A DNA stretch of 64,000 bases from Chara braunii (Eukaryota > Plantae > Charophyceae): NCBI GenBank assembly GCA_003427395.1, contig BFEA01000032.1:2045264-2109263 (forward strand), in the 5' to 3' direction. The position numbers and the translations under genes were made by a program. Of the stretch, positions 16,040 through 29,000 are shown piece by piece; position 1 is the stretch's first letter; the number at the start of each line of letters is the position of its first letter. A model generated the notes under the pieces. It saw nothing but the letters and a program-made list of their open reading frames with translations. It made no database searches and had not been told where the DNA came from.

Positions 16040-16143
16040 GGGAGGCGATTTTCTCGTGGGAGGCGTTTTGCGGCCGGTGATTGTACGCGGGAGGCGATTT
16101 TCTCGTGGGAGGCGTTTTGCGGCCGGTGATTGTACGCGGGAGG
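16040..16143 (+). repeat. 49-bp tandem duplication upstream of eIF3b
   Basis: GGGAGGCGATTTTCTCGTGGGAGGCGTTTTGCGGCCGGTGATTGTACGC x2. Confidence 0.9.
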
Positions 16144-16493
16144 GGCGCTGGCAAGGGTTGTGGGCAACGAAGGGAATGGAATGAACCCTAGCATGGACTG
16201 GTGATTTGACCTGTCATGCAGCCGCCGCACGTCGCTGGTCGAATAGCGTGCAGCGGACGAAGGAAGAGGAGAGGGAGAGACATCACCCGCGCCCACTCAC
16301 AGCGAACGATGGTAGCCATCGCTCCTCTGGATCATTGTCGCCGGCGGCGTCATCGTTCATTACGGCGTGTGTTTAATTCGCTTGTATGGTGGTGACAGGA
16401 CAAGGAGCTAGACGACGAAGAGAAGGAGGGCGGCGCTGGGCGCCATAACTAGTATCTCGAGGAAAGCACTGGACACTGTGATTGTTGAACAAG

Positions 16494-16777
16494 ATGCCGG
16501 CGGAAGTCATGATGAGACCGGACACGCCTCTCTCGCGGCCCATGACGCCGCTGGAGAGGCCTCTCACTCCTCAGTCGAGGCCTATTACGCCTTTTGGAAG
16601 GCCGATCACTCCACAGGCGAGATCAGAGAACGGCTCCTTTGACCGACCCATCACTCCGCATGTAAAAGATACTGCAGTGGACGATGGCGTGACTCCCATT
16701 CATTTGAACATCGACTGGAGCGCTGTGGATTTCGATGCCATTGAGTTGCCGCCTGGAGAGGACTTCGGGATTATCAG
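16494..16777 (+). CDS. eIF3b: eIF3b exon 1 (RPxTP repeats + IDWSAVDFDAIELPPGEDFGII)
   Basis: ATG 16494; donor AG|GTGAAT, phase 2. Confidence 0.88.
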
Positions 16778-16916
16778 GTGAATATATTCAGGGAACGTCT
16801 TAAAGCAAGAGTATGAAGTCCCAACAGAGCGCGTATGTGAAACGTGCGCACACACACACGCACATTCATGCGTTTTTTTTGGAGTTGTGTATGACGAACT
16901 TGAGAACAGACACACA

Positions 16917-17003
<87 letters not shown>

Positions 17004-20000
17004 CCAATCTCGTCCGCGCGTCGGCCGTCCCGTCCCCGCCTCCACCATCTCGTCCCCGTGGCCGCCGTCTCGTCGACTTGGCTTCTATCTCGCCCTCGTG
17101 ATAGCTGTACCGTCGTTGTGGCAGCCATCCGGTACATTTGTGGCTCACTTCTCCTCCCTTCCTCGTGGCAGCCATCCCCGCCTCGTCGCTGGCATCCCCC
17201 GTCTTGGAGACTGCCTTTCGGTTCCTGTGGGCGCCGCCCTACCGGCGTCTTGAACGAAAAGACTACGGTGGCGGGAATAGTAAATGCTTGAATATGATAA
17301 TAGAGTAAAGTCGACACTCGCTGTCCGGTTTTCATGTCATCCCTTCATGGGCCATTCGTCGTCCCGCTCTCGTATCTACCATCTTAGCCGCCAGCCAATC
17401 TGCCGCCGTCGCGATGTCCCACGTCCATTCCTTCGTCATCATTTCGTCATAATTGCCATCATGGTGTCGTCGATTGTATCCCGTCCTCATCGCCGTGATG
17501 TTGGCTTACCGTCGCTATCCCTTGCTATTGGTGTGATCATCTTCATCTTGTCCTCAACCCTAATGTGACGTTGCCGTCCGCGTATGTTATTCCCACTCAG
17601 CCCGTATTCTCGTCTCCGCCTCCTTTCACCGACAAACATGGCGCACCGCCACTCACGTTCCTTCTCTGATCATCCCTGTCTGTCACTCTCATTTTCGCCT
17701 TCCACCAATTGTCCTCGTCCTCATGTCTAGTTTGGCTGCCTATTTTGGCTTGGATGCTCACCCCGTCCTTCTCGCCTCTCCCCCTACTCTGGGATCTCGT
17801 GCCCCTTGTTGTTTGCTCTCTGTTCCTCAATCCGTGTGTGACAATCTGGCTGCCTCACTTAATCATCGTTAGACCTAGCATTCCGCGCGTGCGTTCCTGT
17901 TTACCTCTTACCATTTGGTCCACCTTTCCTCGGCTCTTTAAATAGGCACTCCCGGTGTACTTCACTCTGGTGTGCAGCGCGGTTCTCTGCCTGTGGTGTT
18001 TATGAGGGTTTCGTTTCTAGGGTATGTAAGCACAGATGGGTTTGAGGAAGAGGTACATATGTCATTACCGTTTTTCTTACATGGCTGCTTGCGTGTGTGT
18101 ATGTGTGTGTGTCTGTGTGTGTGTGTGAGAGAGATTGTGTGTGTGTCGCTGTGTGTGTGTGTGTGTCTGTGTGTGACAGGGTTTTTCTTTTGTGGGGTGT
18201 TCCTTGGAGAGTGGAATATCGAACGTGTCAATCTAAATTTTTTCGAGAGTATTAATTTGTACTGTAGTTGTGGCATGGACTCCGGAGTATCCCCTCCTGC
18301 ACGGGGATTCTTTTCTTTTCTTTCTTTTTTTTTTTAAAACCAAGCTCCATCTATTGGTGGGGAGCAACACCTGCTGGAAACCGGGTCCAGCGTCCCATAG
18401 ATACAACCATATACTCACAAATTGGCACAAACTGGGAACCTGGCCCAGCGTCCCATAACGAGTACGTTTAACCAGAAATTAGCGTTGTATGCGTTCATGA
18501 TGCTAACTACAGTACCACCTGTACTTATTCTGTTGGATGTTTACTCAGCGAGGACGAGGAGGAAGAGTTGGAGGAGATTCAAACTGAGACCGGGTTCGGG
18601 AGCGTGATTGTTGTGGACAATCTGCCTGTCGTACCTCCGGAGAAGCGCGAGAAGCTCGAAGGAGTTGTGAGGAAAATTTTTGGACAGATTGGCGGAATTA
18701 GGGAGAATGGACTCTACATGCCTACGGATCCGGAGACAGGAAAGACCAAAGGGTTTGCGTTTATAGAGTACACAACTCCACTCGTAAGTTGTTCTCTCCA
18801 TCTCCCTCCTGAAGGTAACCCTGGAGTTGCGTTTTCGTTGGGATAGCGTCGTTTGCTGAAGGATACGTCGCTTGCTTTTTTTTGGGGGTGGGGGTTGGTC
18901 GCGGGCTGTGTTTTCCTCTCCTTGGTTTGTCTTCATTTCAGTTGATTCATTCGATTGCATTTGATTTTGATTTGTTATGAACTACTTTGACCTAACTTGA
19001 TTTTGATTGATCTTCCTTCCCTGATGTGGTTCGGTTTGATTTAGTTGATCTGACTTTATTTTAATTCGATTTGAATTGACGCGAGCCTGCTTGTATTTGA
19101 CTCCATTTTGATCTAACTTGCTTGTGGGGGGGATTTGGGCGTATATGCTTTCATTTTCCTCTTTTTGCTTTGATTTCATTTGAGTTGATGATTCATTTGA
19201 TTGCATTCGATCTTTGATGTGATGTGATTCGATTTGAAATGACGTGATCCTGCTCAGATATGGCTCCTTTGATCTTAAGTTGCTTTTGTTTGATCTCATC
19301 TGCTTGAGACCTCCACTACTTTTCCAAACTGTAGGCCCATTCAGGAATACGTCGTGTACGCTGCATGCTTCGGGGATCCGGTGCAGGGTCGGACGCCGAC
19401 TACCTGAAAATGAAAAGAAGGGCGCTGTGGGACCCCCTAGTCGAACCAAAAAAAAAAGAAAGAACGCACTGGCTCAGAATCAATGATGTCGGGGAAGGTC
19501 ACCGAGGCCATCAATACTTGTACTCGACAGGATGTATCTTGCGAATATTAGGTCGAGATTCAAATGTTGTTGGTTTTATGTTCTTTCTTCTTTACTTTTT
19601 GTTCTTAGTGCCCTCCCTGCCAGCGAGGCGGGGCGTGTTCCGCGTGATATCTAAAGGCCACCACTGAGGTCATACTCACATTACTACGTGGGGGAATGTA
19701 TCCGACCGCTTTCGCGGCCAAATCTGTCCTTTCTTTTGGTTCTCTTCTTTTCTGAATCTGACGGCATTGCTGAAACGCCCTCACTGAGGGCATGCTCACA
19801 CTTTTTCTTACAGAATGTAAATGTATCTAACCTCTTTCACGGTCCGAAGCTTTGCTACTCCTCTCCCCCCCCCCCCCCCCCTCCCCCTCCCTTTCTATCG
19901 TGAATCTTACCGCAGGGACGATGAAAAATCGAACGTTACCCTTCACACTCAAGGCCCGGCAGAAAACGGTGCACAGTGTGATTCAGGGTCGGCAAAAAGA

Positions 20001-23000
20001 GGCTCGAGGGTGGTGGTCGGTTAATTGGATTTTTTTTCGAGGGGGCGGTTTTGACTCCACAGTGACTTCTCCCTTCGCCGCCCTCCGGTCCAACACGTGC
20101 TATGAACGTGAAGTGCGGATGTACTTTTTATTCTGTCAGTGAAAGGGGTGGGAGGGGCATCACTTTTAGTTGGGGGGAAGGGTCTGTGGTTTGGTAGACG
20201 CTCCCGTCCTTGGGGTCTTGATGGGCAGGTATTCCCCTCTTACGAGGACAATCAATGTTGGTCGTCACTGAATGAAGTGTTCAACATTGGCTCCTGCTTT
20301 GTAATTGGGACGCTAGATCCGATTTCCAGCTTTTGCAGGTCCCTATCAATGAATTGCAGCCATCTGTTACTGGGGGGGACCCTATTCGAGGAGGATGCTC
20401 CTGTCACCTCCAGTAACAGGCCTCTCACAGTGTTAGAAAAGAAAAAGAGAAGAACGAGGAGTCTGGGTCGAGGCGGGGACTAGTCCTGTTGGATGCGATG
20501 TGATGTTTTGAGAGCACTGAACGTCATTCACTCTCACAATGTTTTAATTTTTTTGTTTTTTCTTATGTACTTATGCGTGGCTTGTGTCGTTGACGCCGGT
20601 TATCTTGACATGTGTTCATCGTGAGTCGTCCTCTTTATTCCTTACCGATGTAAAATATGAACCCGCAGTGGTACGGGATGTGACGGCGAGGTTCTCGTAC
20701 CCGGGGGAGAGAGAACCGATCTCTTTGTGGCGTGTTTACAGGATCGCGCGCGTGTGGAGAGAGAGAGGGAGAGGGAGAGAGGCAGAGAAAGAACCTTTTT
20801 CTGTAGATGTTTATGAAGGGGTGCGCATGTATGAGTGGGCGCGCGAGAGAGAGTAAGAGAGGGAGAGGGAAGGGCGGAGAGAGAGAGAGAGAGAGAGATG
20901 TCTCTGTAGATGTTATGGAGTGGGCGTGTATGTGTGCGAGTGTGTGTGCGTGTGTGTGTGTGAGAGAGAGAGAGAGTCCGTTCATGACAAATGAGGCCCC
21001 TTAGACGAAGGCAGTATGGATTGGAGAAATCGAAACGATGACATGATGCTCTTTCTGGTTTGTTGCAGGAGGCGCAAACTGCACGGGAGCAAACGAACGG
21101 TTACAAGCTGGACAAGAGCCACGTGTTTGCTGTCCAAATGTTCGACGACTTCGAAAAGTATGCGAAGGTTCCGGATGAGTACGTGCCGCCGGAACTGAAG
21201 GAGTATACCCCGAAGGTTAGTCGATTCAACCATTGGTCAACTCCATCATCAAGTACTTCTGGAATTTAAGAAAGCAGCAGCAATCCTCTGAAGAAGCCAA
21301 TGTGCCGTTATTTCTCTAATAGCTTTCATCCTTGCATTCGTTCACAACGCTCTTAACGACAAAGAGAATCTTCTTCAGGTGATCGGTGTAATTTTTTCGA
21401 ATTTATGCTTAAGACATGCAAGTCGAACGTTGTTACTCAGTTGAAAACGAAGTGGCGAACGGGTTGGGTTCATAACGCGTGGGATTCCTCCCAAACAGTT
21501 CAATAGAAATCCCAGACGGTCGAGAGAGTTAATTTAGCGTGAGATCACCCCTCAGACCAAGATGATGGCGATTACAGTTGCTCACTGATCCATTGTCTAC
21601 ATACTTTCACAAGCTTTCTTTAGCGAGTGGCCTTTATAAATGGAAGCCATATTTCATCATATCTGCAGTGTCGCCAGCTTGGGCTTGTTTTATTCAGTCT
21701 CGGCGGAGTTCAATTTCCGCCGCTAACAAATGAGCCGTATGCTGGTATTAGATTTGGACAAGCAAATATGGAAATAATACGGTAATTTTTTGCTGTTCAA
21801 ACTCGTTACCAGTCGGTCCATTGTGTCACTTGATCGGCTTCGCGCAGAGGGCAACAGCAGCAATCACCAACGGCAAAGTGTCGTTGGTGATTTTGTACCC
21901 TTTCCTTCGATAGGGCAACAGCAGCAATCGCCAATGGCAAAGTGTCGTTGGTGATTTGGTACCATTTCCTTCGATGTGGTTGCATTGCAGTGTTGTTAAG
22001 TAATATATGCGTTTCACAGAAGTCTTGTCACTGTAGATGGGAAATCAATATGGTCATGCATATCAGCACGGGAGTCGGACCGAGATTCCTTGTCTTTCGC
22101 TTGCCTTCCTTGTTTTTTGGTAATTTTCGTGTGTGTTTTGTGAACTCTGGCCCTGAAAGAAGCCTGTGTGCCAAATTTCTTTTTTGCATCACGGGATCGA
22201 CAGAATTTCCTCAGTTATGCCCTTCGTGTACAGGCAGCGAGAAGAGCCCGAAGCACTGTGTTTTTTGAAAGTAGAGGAATAATCCGGAGTGAGGGGTTGA
22301 GCATTTGGGAACGAGATCGAGAGCTTCCCGGTGAGATTTGGGTTCTACGTTTGCCGGCCAAAAGCACACGTAACGCATCTATTCTGAGGGGCGATCTTCC
22401 TTGTGACATTTGGCTCTACGTTTGCAAAAGCCAAAAGCACACTTACGGCCGTTTCTTTCATTCTGGGGAGCGGTTATAAAAAAAGGAGCAGACGGTTAGC
22501 GTCTTGAATCCCACGGAGGCGCTTTCGCGCGCGTAAGAATCTGAGTGTCTCTTTGTATACCGCTAAGTAGTAGATCAGAAGACTTAAAACCGAAAGGCTT
22601 CCGAAAAGGGAATGCCACAACTATGTTTTGGATATGTGCACTTCTCTTTTTTTTTCACACAAAAGAAATCAATTCATTGCAGAAGAAGGCAGGTGTGCAG
22701 GCGTTGTGGGTGGGTGGGGTCTTTTTCTTTCCCAGGGTTGGGTGCGTCAGTGCAGGGTCCTAGAGTTGGCGTTTTCTGATACTGGACAGATATAGATAAA
22801 CCACTGACCGTAGCTAAGGTGGGTAATGGTCCCATCCCAGCAATTTTCCGGGTTGTTTGTTGAGCAATTCCCGGCCTCGCCTCCCTTTTTGTGGGTAATG
22901 GTCCCATCCCAGCAATTTTCCGGGTTGTTTGTTGAGCAATTCCCGGCCTCGCCTCCCTTTTTTCTCCCGATGATCTGCTACTGTATAGATGGATAAATCA

Positions 23001-26000
23001 CCGCATGTAGCGAAGGTGAGTGATGGTCCCATCACAGTATCTTTTCGGGTTTTTGTATTGAGCAATTCCCGGCCTAACCTCCCTTTTTTTCCGATGATAT
23101 ATGCACTTTTCTCAAAGTGGAACTTAAATCCAGACGAAATAAAAGCCAAAAAAGTATCTATCTTCCATCCATATGTCGTTACCAGCGTCTGCTCACAATC
23201 CGAAAATCTGGGTCGGGGTATCTTTGAACGGAACGCGATGAATGCCTTCCGCCGCCACTCCATCCCAAGCTCAGGACCCACTCCCCTTTGGTAAGTTATT
23301 GCTAGATCTGGCAAGCATCTCCGGCGGCACATCCAGAGGATGAAGTAGTCTGTATTTGGACCACTTCATAACAGTGAACCGGCAGCGATGGTTATGCAGC
23401 ATCCACTTCATAACAGTGAACCGGCAGCGATGGTTATGCAGCATCCACTTCATAACAGTGAACCGGCAGCGATGGTTATGCAGCTTCCACTTCATAACAG
23501 TGAACCGGCAGCGATGGTTATATGATGGACCTCGTCTTGGGAGACTTCTGCAGACTTGGTTGAGAAGGCCACTGCGCACCTCATGCTGAGATCCAAAGAC
23601 TGTTGAAACAGATGTACACAGCGGTTTTCAGACCGAGTTGGGGTATAGGGCTTGATGAACTCTGTCTACCAGCTTCTATCACTGCAATGATCTTTTTTTT
23701 TTTTTTTTTTAATAACTGTTTGTATAATAGAATTCTGGAAACACCAAAGCACCAGTGCAATTGCGGGCCCATCACAGGTGGCGTGCTATTCTTTCGCCTT
23801 TTGCGAAAGGAATACCGTGGGGTGAGTACATTTAATAAATGGAATTCTCGAATTCTCCTTGCGTTGTTTGTCAAAAAGAAAAACAGAAAAGAACAAGAAA
23901 GAAGAAGAGAAAAGAAAAAGGTTTTGAAACACCACGAATGATTGGCTGAATGATTGAATGTACGGAAAACGTTTGATGCATGCGAACTAGGGTAGTTCGC
24001 TCTATACTACGTACGATGTAAACCATCGTCGTGACCTCCGTCGTACTTCGACAGCCATGAACTCAAGCCTGATTCTCGTGGGCTGGCATAATATAATAAC
24101 TCCTATAATGACAGTTTGGTTCAACTGATTGGTTGGGTCATTGCAGGAGAATCTTTATGCGTGGTTGATGGATAAGCGTGGGAGGGACCAGTTCGTCATC
24201 AGGTTCAATGACCACACGGAAGTCTACTGGAATGATCCGCGCCAAGGGAAGCCGGAGCCTGTCTACCAGAGATCTGTAAGTCGTGTGACCATCCAGCCTT
24301 TCCCTTTTTTGTTAAACAAAGCTATAGCTATATTCTTCTCTCAATTTCACCTTTCACTACCTACCTACCTACCTACCACTACTACACAGCCTATGCAGGG
24401 GCATCCTGCAAAGCATAGCCACTACTACTCAGCCTATGCAGGGGACCCCTGCATTGGGCCTGCAAAGCATAGCTATGCCTCCCGCCCTAGTTGGCGGTGG
24501 TCAGGGAGTAGGGTGGGCCCGCCCGCCCGTTGGGGGGGATTTTACCATCCACAAAGCTGCGCCCTTCAAGCCTTTTCGTTGCGTGTGAAGTCCTAGTCGA
24601 GTACAAGCTTGTCCTGAGATTCTGGTCCGTTTGCAAAAGATCTGGCGACGTTTGATAGTGTTGTCTCTGTCATCAAATGGGAGTGTTCTGTGCCATGGTT
24701 TGGTTTAGGGTTTTTGAGACTCGAAAGTTAACCTGTGTGCAGTCGAGTGTAGGCGTTCGGAGCGCTGTTGAAGTGATGGCTCCGTTATTGTGTTCTGTCT
24801 GTGTGCAGCACGTTCTGCAATATGAGACGTGTTTGATGTGTCTGTGCACCCAAGTTCTTTTGCCTGTTCCGTTGCTACCCCTCCCTTGTGATACTTACCA
24901 GACGATTTAAAACACCACTCCAAGTGCTCTGTTCAGTAGCGGATATATTCAGAGAGGAACGCGGGTGCAACCTGTGTAGTAGTAGTAAAGAGAAAAAGAG
25001 GAGGCTTGCCTGCATTGTTTGTGAGCGGCCATAGATGGCCTCCTGTACAAGGAGAACAATTCGGATACTTGTTGCAGTTGCCCTCCCGATACCATTTTTG
25101 GATTCGATTCGCATATGTTTGACTCATGTGCGACGCGGGTCTGTGCAAAACTAGTGTGATTGTGTGAACGCGTGGTTGTCTTATGTCATGCCAAACGTGA
25201 GATGCACGTGAATAAAAATCTTGGGATCTAATAGCAGAGGGTATGAATGCGTTAGGCATGAGGGAATAATAAATGTGGTGACTGCATGTTGGACTGCCCT
25301 TTGGTGTTTCTGTTTCCGCACTGTGTGGCGTGATGTTGTGTGATTCGGTTCCGGTTGAGGAGAGAGGGAAAAAGGCTTTTCTTGTGTTCACCTGCTGCTT
25401 CGGACTCTTCGGTCGTGGGTAGGTGGTATGTCAGGTGGTCTGCGATTTTCTTCAAAGCAGTTCTATCTGGCAGTCTATGTTTTCTTGATGTTGGACAAGT
25501 GCAGAAGGTTCCATTGTGTGGTGCGTGTTCATAGCCTGTCGCTGATAATGACAAAAGAGCAAAGACGGAACGATTGTGGGTCCTTCGGTTCAGAAGCGCT
25601 AGGAGGAATTGGTGCCCCTCAGCCTGCGAAGTGGTGGCATGTTACTTGTTCACTGGCTGTAGTTTTCCGGTGTCTCTATTATAGTGTTCGTTGTTCATTG
25701 TTGGATGCTCTCTTTTCTTTTCACAAAAAAAGGATGCTCTCTTTTCTTTTCACAAAAAAAGGATGCTCTCTTTTCTTTTCACAAAAAAAGACTGCTCATT
25801 GTATTGCACATGAAAGGGGCAGGCCTGGAATCCGTCCAAAATCTGGGACTATTATCCAGCTTAGGAGCAGGCGTTGGGGAAACTCCGGGAACAGGCCTCC
25901 CCTTTGCGTGTGCAATATTTGGCCAACACAAAGACCACCGTCCTGACAAGTTTATGAGCCTGTGGTGCGTTGCACAGCTCAAAATAACACTGAGGGACTC

Positions 26001-29000
26001 GTACGGCCTCTTTTTTTCCTTTTTTTTCCGTACGGCTTTTATCTAAACTATAAGGAGGTCGAGAAAGAGCGATTGCTTGTTCGTCTGGAAACCAAGCAAT
26101 CACTTTTTCTCGACGTCCTTAGTTAAGATCAAGGCCAAGCGAGTCCCTCAGTGTTCTTTTGCTATGCTCTACGCAACACAGGTTCATGAGCTTTTAGAGC
26201 AATGAATACCTCGCTGTTCTTGTGCTGTGACATGCTGGATTTCCGTAAGTGCCGCCGGCTGAAGCTTGATTGAAACTCTGCTGCTTCAGGCAACCTAACG
26301 GTCGCCCAAGTACTTGTTCACCACAAACTCATAAGCTTCCACAGACATACCTCACTGTTCTTCTGCTGTGCTTTGTGCCACGAGCTCCCAAAAAAACTTT
26401 CACCGAAGTTCATAACCGGATGGTATAACCAACTTTGCCACCTTCGTTGTCTATGTCGTTTATTCTCCGTTCGGTATCATTTGACTGTGCTTTTGCTGTG
26501 TTACGTGACACGAGCTTGTAAACTTTTGCTGAAAAAATAATAACCTGAGGATGGATCTGCATGTCTTTCCTATGTTGCTGACTGGCTTTCTGTGGCGGTG
26601 CCTATGTTGTTGTGGTTGGTTCTAGTTCTGGACGGAAAACTTTGTGCAATGGTCGCCGATGGGGACCTTCATCGCCACCAACCATAGGCAAGGGGCTCAA
26701 ATCTGGGGTGGGCCAAGCTGGGAGAGGCGTGAAAAATTTCACCATCCACAGGTTAGTATGATATCATTCGAAAAGACGATGGCTATGGATCCCCTCGACT
26801 TTTTGTCCAAACTACTGTCACGTCTTTGGAGTTGTCCTCAGCGACCTAGAACTTAACAAAACAATACAAACGACGACTGCAGAAAAGGTGGAGGGAAGTG
26901 ACAGAGAAATGTTGTACATACATTGCGAGACAGACAACGTTTTCCTCGAGGTGCAGTCAAATTCATGACCAAATTCGAAGAAAAGGAAAACGATGATGGA
27001 AATATTATTTATGGCAGAGATATTCTGTTTTCCGATATTTTTAGAACTACGGCTTTTCCCAACAAAATCCGGAAAAGACGAAATGTTGCGTACGGCATTG
27101 CAATACAAACAACGTTTGCCTGAGGGTGTTGTTGTCGATTTCCTTAGCCAAGTTCAGGGAAGTACAAACGACAAGTGGACCTCAGGACCGGTACCAGGCT
27201 CCCGAAAAGTTGTGCATCGAAACTTGTTGCATAGCATATGTACGTTGTTTCAAATATGATGTACATAACTTACACAACAAACATCGATGCATTCGGATAC
27301 AACGTACATAACTTATACAACAAGTTTCAATCATAACTTATGTACGTTGTATTTGAATGCATTGGCACTTGTACCTCGAAACTTGTTGTATGAGTTATGT
27401 ACGTTGTATCCGAATGCATTATAACGCTTACTTTGCATTCTTATACAGGGCATGCATGTTTCTTTCGGGGTTAAGGAACTGTTGAGGTGGACCCTGAAAG
27501 CTGGTACGGGTGGCTGCCACAAGGTAGTCGACTGGAGGGCATACCATGAGGAAGGGGTCTTCGTAGGGTCTGAGTGGCCAGCGCAGAACTTTGCGGATAA
27601 GGTCTTTGTGGGGTCGGAATGGCAAGGCACATAATTTTGCAAATGGGTGTTTGGCGGTTGATGATTGCTTGTGTTTTGCTCAGCTCTGTTCTGCATTGTG
27701 TTGGACTTGCTGCTGATGTTGATGACGAAGGTATGCCCGTCCTGTGGCAGGAAGTTGGGGGTTGCTGCAAGACATGGTGCAGGTGCAGCATATGTGCAGG
27801 ACAAAAGATAGCTTGACGTGGCCGGAAATGGTATTTGTCTTTCTGTTTTCCTGCTTTTGGTAGTGGCGATTATCAGGTTGATTACAACCACGTGTGTGCG
27901 ATTTGCATTGCAATGGAATGTGCATCTTTGCAAGGGAACATGTCGACTGATTGGTTGCCTGATGTTGGGAAGTAGCATGACTTTGTTACCGTTCTTTTCT
28001 TTGCTCGGTCCTCCATCCGTTCAATTTTGCAGGTTGCGCTTTTGGACTTCTCTCCTGGTGAGCGTTTCTTGGTCACATATAGCACTCATGAGCCGAGCAA
28101 TCCTCGTGATACTCAGGTATGAGGTGAATCTTGTCCTTTGGACAGCAGGGTTGATACTTGATACCCGCGGTCGGGGGCTGGGTGAGGGAGTGGATGGGAG
28201 GGGGGCGGGCAGAGCGTTTGGGTGTGATATTGCTATTCAGCCGTCTACACATTTCATTGTCTAAGTGTACAGGGAATCAGTGAACATTCTCTGAAAACGT
28301 ACTAGCAAAAGTGGAAAGGGGGAGAATTGTCTCCTCATGCACTACATCTCACACCTCTATGAAAGATGCAGGCCATTGCATTGTGTTACTTGGGACCTCA
28401 GCGGGAAGTTGACTGCATCATGCAGCAGCAGAAGACAGGCATCTCTTTCGTGACTTTGCATTTCTTGTGGATGCAACTTAGCCCTGGTACAAATGGATTT
28501 CTGCTGGATTCCTCGATAGGGCGAGTCTGTGGTACCATTCGGTGCACGTCCGCATGTCCAAACATAACATCGTTCAGACTGGGAGGTTTCAGACATGATG
28601 CACGCATGACTTTGATGTGGGACCGGTTTGCAATGTCCGGATGCCCTCACCATGTCCTCTTATATGTGGTGAATGTGCCCTACCTAATGCACATCTGCCC
28701 TGGTTTCTTCTCTTGCGTACAGAGATTTGTGGGTGCATGTGCGGACATTCCACTGTGTTTGGTGTTATGGTGTTATTGATTTGAACTGGTTTATGAAATT
28801 GTCTCACATGGAATGGGTTTCGTCGAATGACATAATTCTGACTAGTTCTCCTTGCTTATGTTATGGTTCTGAATCCTGCAGAAGGTCCTCCTCAACGTCT
28901 TTGACATAAGGAGCGGCAAGTCTCTGCGACAGTTCCAGGGGAGTGCTGATGACTTTGCGACTGCAGCAGGAGGAAGTCTTGGAGGTGTTCCATGGCCTGT

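Noticed and set aside
23361-23522. CRISPR-like arrays (also 9212-9323 and 40770-41024)
   Set aside because: Units are head-to-tail with no unique spacers, there are no cas genes, and the context is eukaryotic.
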